Position numbers and translations under genes: made by a program. Of a stretch of 64,000 bases of DNA, positions 8,563 to 17,740 are shown piece after piece. The notes beneath the pieces are model-generated. The model had not been told where the DNA came from. It worked only from the letters and a program-made list of their open reading frames with translations, and did no database searches. How positions within the stretch are numbered: position 1 is the stretch's first letter; each line of letters begins with the position of its first letter. This DNA is from Chthoniobacterales bacterium (GTDB lineage Bacteria > Verrucomicrobiota > Verrucomicrobiia > Chthoniobacterales > Chthoniobacteraceae), in the NCBI GenBank assembly GCA_038207335.1, contig JBBQZX010000011.1, positions 32,001 through 96,000 of the forward strand, in the 5' to 3' direction.

Positions 8563-9981
8563 TCACTCCCCTCGCAGATCATAACAAATCACCCGCGGTC
8601 CTTTGCCAGAGCTGTCCCGCGAGTTTTCGCAAACGTAGAGCAGCCCTCGGCTGAGCGCGGGAAGCGTCCATGTTTCCGGCGCGCTGAAGAGCGTTGCGGA
8701 TTGCTTCACCGTCGCGCATTTCGACGTGAGATCGAGCCACGCGAGTGTGCCATTTTCGCCGAGGCAGAGGAACGCGCCATCGACCGCGAGGAGGCTGGCG
8801 CGCTGGAATTTTCCGCCAAGGTCGTCGCCCCACATTTGGCGTCCGGTCGAGGCTTCGTAGCAGACGAGTTCCGCGAGCCGCGGTTGCTGCCCCGCACAGC
8901 CGTAAAGGTATCCGTTCTGAGCGATCGGCGTCATGAAATACGCGCCGAAATTCTCCGCCTTCCACACGCTTTTGGCGGAAAAGTCGGGCGCGATCTCGAT
9001 CATCTCCCCGCCGGATCCATAGGACTCCGTGACGAAGACGCGATTGCCGATCACGACCGGCGACGACGCGCTCACCGACTCCGCGATCTCCGCGCGATGC
9101 GGCGTGGCGTTGAGCACTTTTCCAGTCACTGCGTCGATGCACAGCAGCCCGCCGGTCGGCGGACGGCTCTCGCCTCCGGCGAAAAGCAGCACGCACTCAC
9201 GACCGTAAAATGTCGCCGGAATCGGCGATGCGTAGCTCGCGCCCCACGGGTGTTTGGCACGCCAGAGCTCCTTGCCGGTCGCCGTGTCGAGCTCCACGGC
9301 GCACACATTGTCCGCACCGCCGACATTCACGATGAGGCGGTTTCCCATCACGAGTGGTGTCGAGCCGTGGCCGAAAAAGTTCGGCAGCATCGCGTATTCT
9401 TTTTCGAGGTCGCGCTGCCAAATAACTTGGCCGTCGCGCAGATCAAAGCAATGGAGCTGACCTGAAATGCCAAACGTGAAAACGCGCCCGTCCGCAATCA
9501 CTGGATTCGTCGCGGGCCCGTCGCCCGAGCCGTAGCGGTCGCGATAGGGCGCGGCGTAATCGCTGTGCCAGAGCGGTTTCCCGGTCGATGCGTCGAGGCA
9601 ATCGACGGCCTCGCGTCCGTCGATCCGGTGAAAAAGTGCGAGCCGATCGCCGACGATCGCGGGGCACGAATGGCCTTCGCCTTTTGGAAATTCCCAAACG
9701 ACGGCCGGTCCGCCTGCGGGCCATGTTTTGAGGAGATGGGTTGCGGCGGATGTGGCGTTGTCGTGTGGTCCGAGGAAGCGCGGCCAGTCTTCGGTGACTG
9801 CGGTCTTGGTGAGAGGCTTCGGAGCCGCGTGAAAAGTGGGCTCAGTGGCGAAAGCCGGGAACGCCAGCAACGCGAGCGCAGCGAGCAAAATCCCGGGAGC
9901 ACACGCGCCCCGCGTGTCGGTCGCGTCGCGCGGGACGACTGCGCTCCCCGGAGGTGCTACTTCCGCGCTCGAATTTCTCAT
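8563..9981 (-). CDS. Secreted PQQ-like (BamB-type) beta-propeller protein
   Basis: DWPRFLGP N-terminal motif after a signal peptide; repeated (C/A)LD..TG..W blades. The ATG overlaps the upstream stop (ATGA). Confidence 0.85.
   Translation of the reverse strand: MRNSSAEVAPPGSAVVPRDATDTRGACAPGILLAALALLAFPAFATEPTFHAAPKPLTKTAVTEDWPRFLGPHDNATSAATHLLKTWPAGGPAVVWEFPKGEGHSCPAIVGDRLALFHRIDGREAVDCLDASTGKPLWHSDYAAPYRDRYGSGDGPATNPVIADGRVFTFGISGQLHCFDLRDGQVIWQRDLEKEYAMLPNFFGHGSTPLVMGNRLIVNVGGADNVCAVELDTATGKELWRAKHPWGASYASPIPATFYGRECVLLFAGGESRPPTGGLLCIDAVTGKVLNATPHRAEIAESVSASSPVVIGNRVFVTESYGSGGEMIEIAPDFSAKSVWKAENFGAYFMTPIAQNGYLYGCAGQQPRLAELVCYEASTGRQMWGDDLGGKFQRASLLAVDGAFLCLGENGTLAWLDLTSKCATVKQSATLFSAPETWTLPALSRGLLYVCENSRDSSGKGPRVICYDLRGE
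9893..9951. repeat. REP-like palindrome within the 5' end of the propeller gene
   Basis: GGGAGCACA (9895-9903) pairs with TGCGCTCCC (9940-9948). Inner perfect hairpin ACACGCG-CCC-CGCGTGT (9901-9917). Confidence 0.6.
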
Positions 9982-11228
9982 ACCATCGCCACCCGTCCGT
10001 GCGGGAGCGGCGCGGGGAGTTCCGCAAATTCACCTACCGCAGCGTAAAGTTCCGTGAAGTCTCCGAGCAGGTCGCCGATGAGACAATCCGTGAGCCGTCC
10101 GCGTTGCTCAGGATACTTTTTCAGCATCCGCCCAAACGAAAAATTCACGTCGTAAAACGCATACACCAGCGCGCGCATCGCCTCGATCGCACCGCAAAGT
10201 TGTTCACCGTAATCTGCAAAATGCACGCCGCTCGTGTCACCGGCGGTTAGCGCGGCATCGACGGCATCGGCGGCGAGTTCTCCGCTTTTCAGCGCGAGGA
10301 AGACTCCGCTCGAAAAGACCGGATCGAGAAACGCAAACGCATCGCCCGCGAGCAGCAGCCCATCAGCCGCGCAAAACTTCGACCGATAAGAAAACTCGCT
10401 CGTCGCGAAGTACTCTCCGAACTGCGCTCCTGCGCTGACGTGGTCCTTGATCCAGACGTTCTGTTCGAGCTGCCGCGCGAAGACCTCGGCGAGATTCTTG
10501 GAGTCGCGGAATAGCTCCTCGCGCTCCGCCACAACGCCGACGCTCACGATGTCGCCGCGCATCGGGATGTACCAAAACCAGCCGCGATCCTCGACGTAGG
10601 CGACGGTGGTATTTCCCTCGTCGATGCCGGGATCGCGCTTCGCCCCGCGGTAGTAGGTCCACACCGCCATCTTGTTCAGTCGCGCGTCTTTGATCCGCCA
10701 TCCGTCTCGCGCTGTGGCGACCTGCTCGCGGCCGGAGCAGTCGATCGTCATCGGCGCGAAAGCCTGTATCTGCCTTCCTTCGCGGTCGATCGCCTCCACG
10801 CCGATCACGCGGCCGGAGTCGTCTTTGATCGTAAGCTTCACCGCCGTTTCCTCGCGCACGTCAGCTCCCTTTTTGCGCGCGTTATCCAGCAGCATGAGAT
10901 CGAAATCCGCGCGTTCGACCTGCCAGCTCGTGGAGCTCGGATGATCGTAGTGCTCGAAGAAATAGAACGGTTGTGACTGCCGCCCATCCTGGGTGACGAA
11001 TTGCACGCTCATCTTTTTCGTGAAAGCGATGCGCTCGATTTCATCGAGCACACCGAGCCGCTCGAACGTGAACCAGCAAAACGGCATCAGCGATTCGCCA
11101 ACGTGGTAGCGTGGAAACTTTTCCTTCTCCAAAAGCAGTACGCGCCGCCCCTTCTCCGCGAGCAGAGCAGCAGCCGTTGAGCCCGCCGGACCGCCGCCGA
11201 TTACAATGACGTCGCAGTTGATTTTCAC
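9978..11228 (-). CDS. Flavin-dependent halogenase-family oxidoreductase
   Basis: GGGPAGS FAD motif, FPRYHVGESL, Lys in FTKK, GWFWYIP (WxWxIP), GDAFAFLDPVFSSGV. Start reassigned to GTG at 11228 (GTGA overlap with the upstream stop). Confidence 0.82.
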   Translation of the reverse strand: MKINCDVIVIGGGPAGSTAAALLAEKGRRVLLLEKEKFPRYHVGESLMPFCWFTFERLGVLDEIERIAFTKKMSVQFVTQDGRQSQPFYFFEHYDHPSSTSWQVERADFDLMLLDNARKKGADVREETAVKLTIKDDSGRVIGVEAIDREGRQIQAFAPMTIDCSGREQVATARDGWRIKDARLNKMAVWTYYRGAKRDPGIDEGNTTVAYVEDRGWFWYIPMRGDIVSVGVVAEREELFRDSKNLAEVFARQLEQNVWIKDHVSAGAQFGEYFATSEFSYRSKFCAADGLLLAGDAFAFLDPVFSSGVFLALKSGELAADAVDAALTAGDTSGVHFADYGEQLCGAIEAMRALVYAFYDVNFSFGRMLKKYPEQRGRLTDCLIGDLLGDFTELYAAVGEFAELPAPLPHGRVAMV

Positions 11229-11755
11229 GGGTGCAAAACCTCGACGATGCGCGCCAGCACTTGATTTCCAGCGTCGAGCAGTACGTTGCAACGGCCATAA
11301 AACCGCTCGGCATCCGGCGCGTCGAAATGCTCGCGCATGACGGAGTCGGGGCCGAGTTGAATGAACGCTTTCGGATCGCTCCGATACGTGAGCCCGAAAT
11401 GATTCAGCAGCCCTCCAAGCGGCAGATGCGCCTCGACGATGAGCCCACGCAAATCCTCGGGAAACGCTTCGAGATTGATCTCGATCGCGCCGTATTCCAC
11501 CGGCTTTCCGGTCTCCTCAATGTGCAGCACGACCTCGCGCCGATAGGTGGCGACGGCGTGTTCCCGGTGCAGGACTTCGAGCACGATCGAACCGCGATGA
11601 AACGCCTCGAGGCGCGATGTCATGTCGCCATCATGGACGAGCAGCGAACGATACGGCTCGGGCATTTCGGCTCCGTCGATCGTCTCGAAATGCGGAAGCG
11701 ACTCGCCGTTGTTTTGGCGGAACAAGCCGAGCGGGTGAAGGAGATCGGCGGTCAC
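11225..11755 (-). CDS. Chorismate pyruvate-lyase-like (UbiC/UTRA fold) protein
   Basis: LLVHDGDMTSRLE, REVVL, PVEYGAI, PLGGLL, YGRCNVL and IVEVL follow the order of conserved chorismate-lyase blocks. Confidence 0.6.
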   Translation of the reverse strand: MTADLLHPLGLFRQNNGESLPHFETIDGAEMPEPYRSLLVHDGDMTSRLEAFHRGSIVLEVLHREHAVATYRREVVLHIEETGKPVEYGAIEINLEAFPEDLRGLIVEAHLPLGGLLNHFGLTYRSDPKAFIQLGPDSVMREHFDAPDAERFYGRCNVLLDAGNQVLARIVEVLHP

Positions 11756-13092
11756 GTGTACCGCGCTCCCCTGTGCTGCGGCAGGAAGAACGCGTGCAGC
11801 AGCGTGTCCACTTTTAGCAACGCCTCGCGCGTGAGCACGAGCCAGTCGCCCTGCTCACTGATGAGCCCGCAGCGCTTGAGATCGTCCCACTCCGGACGGA
11901 AGCGCTCGCCGACTTTGACGCCGAATTTTTCCACAAAATACGACTGGCTCACGCGTCCGAGTTTCATCTGCAGGATGAGCTCGCGAATCATGCGCTCTTC
12001 CTCGGTCGTGGTCATCGCGCGGGAGATGGGCAACTCGCCACGATGGATCGCTTCGACGTATTGCGTGAACTCCGCGATGTTTTGAAAATGTGTCCCGGCG
12101 ATGTGCGAAAATGACGCAACTCCGAGCCCGACGAGGTCCGCTCCGGTCCACAAGTCGTCGCGATAAACGAACTTTGTTTTCTGCGGATCGCGCACCGCGG
12201 TGTAGCCGCTCGTCACCGTATAGCCGGCCTTTTCCAGCTCGCGAAAAGCCTCGTCCACCCACCCGCGTTTCGTGTGCCAGTCGGCGACGGGCGCGGTGAG
12301 TTTTCCCTCGGCTTTCATCTCTTTGTAGATGCCCGTGTTGTAGGGCACTTCCATCTGGTAGATCGTGACGCTGTCGGGCAGCAACTCGATCGTTTTGCGG
12401 ATGTTCTCGCTCCAGTTTTCATCGGTCTCCTCGACCATGCCGGAGATGAGATCGATGTTGATCTGCGGGAAGCCGATGGACCGCGCGTAGTTGTAAGCGC
12501 GATAGATTTCGGCGGTGCGATGGGCGCGCCCGTTGATCTCCAGAATGTGGCTGTCGAAATTTTCAACGCCGAGTGAAAGTCGCGTGATACCGATGTCGCG
12601 GAGCGCGGCGAGCTTCTGCTCGGTGAGCGTGCCAGGCTCGGCCTCGAAGGCGACTTCCTCCGCCTCGTCCCACGGCAGCAGAGCCTTCATATTGTCGGTG
12701 AGATACGTGAGCTGCGCGACGGAGAGGTAGCTCGGCGTGCCGCCGCCGAAATAAACGAACTTTGGCTTCCGCCCGCGGATGAGCGGCGACGCGGCGTAGA
12801 TTTTCATCTCTTCAATCCCGGCATCGAGATAGCCGCGGATGTCATCCGCATTTTTGTCTGTATAGACGCGGAAGTAGCAGAAATGGCAGCGCTTCCGGCA
12901 GAAAGGGATGTGGAAATAAACGCCCAGCGGCACGTCGGGCGTCGCCGGCTGGTCGAGCAGGCCGCGGACGCGCTGCGCGGTTTCGGCGTCCCAGTAGGAA
13001 AATGGCGGGTAGTTCGCGACGAAGTAATTGCCGACCTCGGTTTTGTCGTGGTCCTTTTCGTGGTCGAGAATTTCAGTGATTTCAGTGCTCAT
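11752..13092 (-). CDS. HemN-like radical SAM enzyme (class C methyltransferase / coproporphyrinogen-III oxidase family)
   Basis: HIPFCRKRCHFCYF (CxxxCxxC), YFGGGTPS, RLSLGV, NIDLI, GLGVAS and a HemN-type C-terminal domain. Confidence 0.9.
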   Translation of the reverse strand: MSTEITEILDHEKDHDKTEVGNYFVANYPPFSYWDAETAQRVRGLLDQPATPDVPLGVYFHIPFCRKRCHFCYFRVYTDKNADDIRGYLDAGIEEMKIYAASPLIRGRKPKFVYFGGGTPSYLSVAQLTYLTDNMKALLPWDEAEEVAFEAEPGTLTEQKLAALRDIGITRLSLGVENFDSHILEINGRAHRTAEIYRAYNYARSIGFPQINIDLISGMVEETDENWSENIRKTIELLPDSVTIYQMEVPYNTGIYKEMKAEGKLTAPVADWHTKRGWVDEAFRELEKAGYTVTSGYTAVRDPQKTKFVYRDDLWTGADLVGLGVASFSHIAGTHFQNIAEFTQYVEAIHRGELPISRAMTTTEEERMIRELILQMKLGRVSQSYFVEKFGVKVGERFRPEWDDLKRCGLISEQGDWLVLTREALLKVDTLLHAFFLPQHRGARYT

Positions 13093-14252
13093 TTTTTAGG
13101 TGCTCCGGTGGTGGCTTCGGCAGCCGTGGCGGCTCCGAAGCAGTAGAGATTTCCATCTTCCGCCCCGACGACGATGCGGCCATCCGCGACAGCGGGGGAA
13201 GAGGTGATCGCCGCGCCAATTTCGTAGGCCCAGCGCTCTTTGCCGTCGGCGAGGCCGATGCAGTAAAGTCGGCCGTCGTCGCAGCCGACGACGATCGCGT
13301 CGGTGCAGACGACGGGTGAACTATCGATCGGTCCGCGGGCTTGAAATTTCCAGACCGACTTGCCGCTCTCGCGGTCGATGCAGTGCAGTTGCTTGTCGCG
13401 CCCGCCGATGATGACGCGATCCGCGGTGACTGCGGCGGAGGAAAAATACGGAAAATTGCGGTCGCGATATTTCCACAGGATCGCGCCCTTTTGCGGATCG
13501 AATGCCAGGACTTGGTTGCCGTAATTTCCGACGTATCCGATGCCCCCGGAGATGGCGACGGAGGAGGCGATGTAGGCTTCCGAATCGATCTGGCGCAACT
13601 CCGCGCCGTCCTTGAGCTGAAGGACGTGGATGGCCGCGTCACAGCCGCCGAACACGATTTCACCGGTGGAAAATAGGGCGGGAGCGCCGTTGATGTAGTT
13701 GTCCGTCTCGTGCGTCCAGACGGCTTTGCCAGTCGCGGCATCGACGCAGTGCAGGCTGGCATCGTAACTGCCGACGAGAATCCAAGTCCCCTCTCCCGCG
13801 GGACTTTTCGCGTGATTCGCACCACCGAGGATTTTGTCGCCGGTGGTGTATTTCCACTTTTGCGCGCCGCTTGCGGCATCAAGCGCGTACAGGCTGGAAT
13901 CGGAGGAGCCGATGTAGATGACGCCGTCGAGCGCGAGCGGTGTGGCCTCGATCGCGCCTTCGGTTTTGAAGGTCCACAGCTCTTTGCCGTCGTTGAGATT
14001 CAGGGCGTGGACGACACCAGCATCGTCGCCGAAATAGACGCGTCCGTCGGCGATGGCGGCAGCGCCCTTGATGGGTTTTCCGGCGGTGAAGGTCCACGCG
14101 AGATTGGCGCTCGCAGGGGCGGGCATGGCTGCGATGCCCTGTAACTGCGGGCCTCCGCGGTGCATGGGCCAGTCGGCGACTTGGGCGAGGGTCGAGAGTG
14201 CGAAGAGATGGAGTCCGGCGAGCGCTACCCGGAGTTTGCGCTTCGCGCTCAT
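13089..14252 (-). CDS. Secreted PQQ-like (BamB-type) beta-propeller protein
   Basis: Signal peptide, DWPMHRGGP, and about 8 regular blades (SSP.V....V.VG..DG.L.CL....G...W). Confidence 0.88.
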   Translation of the reverse strand: MSAKRKLRVALAGLHLFALSTLAQVADWPMHRGGPQLQGIAAMPAPASANLAWTFTAGKPIKGAAAIADGRVYFGDDAGVVHALNLNDGKELWTFKTEGAIEATPLALDGVIYIGSSDSSLYALDAASGAQKWKYTTGDKILGGANHAKSPAGEGTWILVGSYDASLHCVDAATGKAVWTHETDNYINGAPALFSTGEIVFGGCDAAIHVLQLKDGAELRQIDSEAYIASSVAISGGIGYVGNYGNQVLAFDPQKGAILWKYRDRNFPYFSSAAVTADRVIIGGRDKQLHCIDRESGKSVWKFQARGPIDSSPVVCTDAIVVGCDDGRLYCIGLADGKERWAYEIGAAITSSPAVADGRIVVGAEDGNLYCFGAATAAEATTGAPKK

Positions 14253-15397
14253 GCTAGGGCCTCCGCATAGAGTTGTTCAAAGTCGGCGGCGGCGATCGGA
14301 CGCGGATTGAAGGTCGCGGTCCATTGTTGCGCGGCTTCGGATGCGAGTTGAGGGATCATCGCGCCGTCGATTGAGATCGGAGTGCGGAGGCCGGCGAGCA
14401 CGAGGATTTCTTCGAGACGCGCGAGGAGTTCTTCGATCGAGCCGATGCCCGCAGCTGCGGCGTGTTCGAGGTAATGCGCACGGGCCGCGGGATCGGCGGC
14501 ATTGAAACGCACGACAGCGGGCAGCATCACGCCGACGGCCTGACCATGGATGGTCCCGAGATGCGCGGTGAGCGGATTTGCCGCAGAGTGCGCCGCACCG
14601 AGCATCGAGTTCTCAATCGCAGTACCGCCAAATGCGGCGCCGAGCTGCATCATGGCGCGTGCCTCGAGGTCGGCGGGGTCGCGTAAGACACGCTCGATTC
14701 CCGACATGCAGAGCCGGAATGCCTCGCGCGAAAACATCGCGGAAAGCGGCGTGCGCTTTTTTGTCACGGCGGTTTCGAGCGCGTGTGCGAGAGCGTCGAT
14801 CCCTGTGCAGGCGGTCACTCGCGCGGGTTGCGAGACGGTGAGCAGCGGGTCGAGGATCGCCACGCGCGCGGCGGCCTTCGGATCGCCGCACGCCAGTTTG
14901 AGATGCGTCGCTTCATCGGTGATGAGTGCGAACGATTGGCACTCGCTGCCGGTGCCGGAAGTCGTCGGGACGGCGATGAGCGGCAGCATCGGCTTCGTGG
15001 CTTTGCCGATGCCGATGTAATCCTGCATCCGTCCGCCATTCGTCAGCAGAAAGTTGCAGCCCTTCGCCGTGTCCATGCTGCTGCCGCCGCCGAGGCCGAT
15101 GATGAAGTCGATGTCCGCCTGCCGAGCCGCTTCGACACAGCGTTCGACGTCGCCGGTCGCGGGATTTTCATGCACCTCGTCGAAGACAGTAACGTGCAGA
15201 CCGGCTGCTTCGAGAAAGGTGATCGCGCGGCTCGGATGGCCTGCGGCAGCGATGCCTTTGTCGGTGACGAGCAGGCCGTGTTTTCCACCAAAGTCGCGCG
15301 CGAGGCTGCCGATTTGCTCGAGTGCGTCTTCGCCCGAGACGATGCGCGTGCGCGGCTGGTAATCGAACGCGGCGAGTATGGATGCGGAGCGATGCAC
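14249..15397 (-). CDS. Iron-containing (type III) alcohol dehydrogenase
   Basis: GLGGGSSMDTAK, AVPTTSGTGSE; metal ligands in DALAHALE, AAHSAA and HG. Confidence 0.92.
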   Translation of the reverse strand: MHRSASILAAFDYQPRTRIVSGEDALEQIGSLARDFGGKHGLLVTDKGIAAAGHPSRAITFLEAAGLHVTVFDEVHENPATGDVERCVEAARQADIDFIIGLGGGSSMDTAKGCNFLLTNGGRMQDYIGIGKATKPMLPLIAVPTTSGTGSECQSFALITDEATHLKLACGDPKAAARVAILDPLLTVSQPARVTACTGIDALAHALETAVTKKRTPLSAMFSREAFRLCMSGIERVLRDPADLEARAMMQLGAAFGGTAIENSMLGAAHSAANPLTAHLGTIHGQAVGVMLPAVVRFNAADPAARAHYLEHAAAAGIGSIEELLARLEEILVLAGLRTPISIDGAMIPQLASEAAQQWTATFNPRPIAAADFEQLYAEALA

Positions 15398-15427
15398 GTT
15401 TTTCTTAACCAGCGCCTTCGTGGTTCT

Positions 15428-16858
15428 TTAGACGGCCCGCTCGATCGAGCGGCGTTTGTAGAGGAACTCGAACATGTTGCCCTCGTGGGGCTGGTCCCAT
15501 GAGATTTTCGTCGTGGAGATCGGGCCGAGATTTAAGCGCTCGATGAGCGGCGAATCAAGCAACTGCGCGGTAAACGCGGGATCGCGTGTGATCGCGGTGA
15601 CGACGAGTGACGGCCCGATTTTCGCGAGCATCTCGGACTGAGGAACCGTGACGACGCTCGCGAACGGGCAGAGATACTCGCGGTTTGCGAGCGGGTGAGC
15701 GAATGAGTCGCAGAGCACGATCGTGGGACGCAGGTAGGTGCCGTTTTCTTCCACCTTTCGTGAGCCGGCGCGATATTTTGCGGTCACGTCCGTCGCGCCA
15801 GGAGTTTGGAGGCCATCCTCGATCGCTGCGTCGATGAACTGCGCCATCTTCGGATTAGCGAAGCCGGAGAGGCGCGCGCTTTCGTCGTCAGGCGCGGTCG
15901 GTAAAATGGGGCCGAGTTTTTGGGCGAGCGCCTCGGCGATCTCGGTGGCATATTTTGGGACGACGACGGCGGAGGCGTTCACGCAGGAGCGGCCGCCGTT
16001 GTCGGAGATCGAGCCGGCGATGAGGTCGATGTATTCGGGCCAGTTTTCGATGGCGTCGTCGCCGATGAGGATTTTTGAAAAGCCGGGGCCATGGACGGAG
16101 AATTTCGCGTTGCCGCGGTACTGCTCGACGGTATTCGCGTCGCCGAAAATGAGCGCGCGTCCGCACAGCTTCATCACTTCGCCCGAGCCCTCGTGATCGG
16201 TCGGATAGAAGCCGAACGCCTCGCGCGGCGCGCCCGCGGCGATGAACGCCTGAATGAGCCGATACGGCGTCCACGGCTCCTCGCGGCCGGGCTTAATGAC
16301 AACCGGCGTCTTCAGCGCGATGGCCGGCAGCCATAGCGAATTTACCGCCGGAGAGTTGCTCGGCATCACGAGCCCCAGCGCATTTGTGGTCGGGTAAAAC
16401 GACACCGCCGCTCCGCAATGCTCGCCGTATCCGCGATCGAGCACGTCTAGAGGCAGGCCGCGTGTGAGGCCGTTCAGCACGGTGCGCACATTCGTCAACG
16501 CGAAGTGAATCTTCGCCATGTTCCGCCGCACCATCACATGCGGCAGGCCGCTCGTGGCGCTCAGCGTCTCGATGTATTGCTGCGCCGATTGCGTGTGGCC
16601 CTGGTCGCCGAGCGGCAGTTCGCCATTGAGAAAATGCTCACCCGCTTTCGCCGAAATCTCGATCAGTTCGGCGACCGAAAACTTCTTCAACGCCGCGCGC
16701 GCCTCGCCGATGCGCGCCATGTCTTTTCTCAAAATCCCGGCGCCGACCTGGCTGACGCGCGCCATCGGTTGGCCGGTGCGGTGATTGACGACTTCGACGG
16801 TGTCGAGGCTTTCGTAGGGCTGTCCGCGGCGCAGCGCGGGGAGGTGCGGGAGATTCAT
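15428..16858 (-). CDS. Aldehyde-dehydrogenase-fold protein, probable acyl-adenylate reductase (GriD/EhpG-like)
   Basis: PSNSP, VVIKPG, catalytic Cys in NGGRSCVN, PTIV and EYLCP. The canonical ELGG block is replaced by HGPGFSK. Confidence 0.78.
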   Translation of the reverse strand: MNLPHLPALRRGQPYESLDTVEVVNHRTGQPMARVSQVGAGILRKDMARIGEARAALKKFSVAELIEISAKAGEHFLNGELPLGDQGHTQSAQQYIETLSATSGLPHVMVRRNMAKIHFALTNVRTVLNGLTRGLPLDVLDRGYGEHCGAAVSFYPTTNALGLVMPSNSPAVNSLWLPAIALKTPVVIKPGREEPWTPYRLIQAFIAAGAPREAFGFYPTDHEGSGEVMKLCGRALIFGDANTVEQYRGNAKFSVHGPGFSKILIGDDAIENWPEYIDLIAGSISDNGGRSCVNASAVVVPKYATEIAEALAQKLGPILPTAPDDESARLSGFANPKMAQFIDAAIEDGLQTPGATDVTAKYRAGSRKVEENGTYLRPTIVLCDSFAHPLANREYLCPFASVVTVPQSEMLAKIGPSLVVTAITRDPAFTAQLLDSPLIERLNLGPISTTKISWDQPHEGNMFEFLYKRRSIERAV

Positions 16859-16872
16859 GCGAAGGGCCGAGA

Positions 16873-16901
16873 TTTATACGTCTGCGTATTAAATTGCGCA
16901 A
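16873..16901 (-). promoter_or_regulatory. Sigma70-like promoter upstream of the ALDH-fold gene
   Basis: Minus strand reads TTGCGC (16901-16896), 17 nt, TATAAA (16878-16873), ending 15 nt before the ATG. AT-rich patch overlapped by the imperfect palindrome ATTTATACG..CGTATTAAAT. Confidence 0.6.
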
Positions 16902-16951
16902 CGGGTTTTCTTCCCGCGGCCCGCTTCACCGCGCCGCTGGCGCGAGGCGGC

Positions 16952-17722
16952 TCAGGCCGGAAAATCCGCCGCCCAGGAGTCATCCGGCTCGTATCCGGTG
17001 GCCACCATAATGTCGCCGTAAGCCTCGCGGAACGCAGTCGCGACGCGGAGATCGAAATGATTCCGCCAGTCACCGGGCGTCCCTTTTCGTCCATGCGAAG
17101 CGCTGTCCTCCGTGCCGAACTGGCGCCCGAATTTTTTCTCGAAGCTGTTCTGCTCGATCGCGGACTGAAGCTCCTTTTCGGCGATCGGCAGCGCGAGCCG
17201 ATCGCGCAAGATTTCGCGCAATCGCGCGGCGGGATCGGCGGTAATGTCCTCGTATCGGCACAGCATTTCACCATGCCCGATCCACGACCGCTGGATGCGG
17301 GCGGAGCGCGCGAGGCCATGGTGGATGATGTGCGCTAGCCCCTCGGATTTGGAAAGCTGGGCGAGCGCTGCGCGCTGGCTCGCTACCTGCCCGGCGGCAT
17401 CGAGCGGGTGGGTGCCGCGAAGGCTAAAATACCGCGACACGAGCGTGTCGCGCAGGTCGCGGATGACGATGAAGCGCGGGACTTGGGCAAGGCCGGGATA
17501 GCCGAGGAATTCCTCGCGAGTCATGAAAGCGGCGGAGTAGATGCGACCGGCTTCGTAGCGAAAGTTCGCGAGGTCCGCGCCGAAACGCGGCGCGACGCGT
17601 TTGCCGAAGAGTGTGCGAAGGACGTCGTCGATCCACGTCGAGCCGGCCTTGGCGTGCGTCAAGAAAAAGAACGACTGCACGGATTCCGGCCCCTTCGATT
17701 TAAAAAACTTGAGCAGGGCCAT
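16952..17722 (-). CDS. PAPS-dependent sulfotransferase
   Basis: 5'-PSB-like THAKAGSTW, 3'-PB RDLRDTLVSRY, RYEDI and C-terminal RKGTPGDWRNHF. Confidence 0.88.
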   Translation of the reverse strand: MALLKFFKSKGPESVQSFFFLTHAKAGSTWIDDVLRTLFGKRVAPRFGADLANFRYEAGRIYSAAFMTREEFLGYPGLAQVPRFIVIRDLRDTLVSRYFSLRGTHPLDAAGQVASQRAALAQLSKSEGLAHIIHHGLARSARIQRSWIGHGEMLCRYEDITADPAARLREILRDRLALPIAEKELQSAIEQNSFEKKFGRQFGTEDSASHGRKGTPGDWRNHFDLRVATAFREAYGDIMVATGYEPDDSWAADFPA

Positions 17723-17740
17723 GCGGTCGGCTCGCGGGCT

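Noticed and set aside
11752..13092. Housekeeping hemN/hemW for heme synthesis
   Set aside because: The N-terminus (NYFVANYPPF) differs from the HemN PRYTSYP motif, and the gene is coupled to tailoring enzymes rather than hem genes. No symbol assigned.
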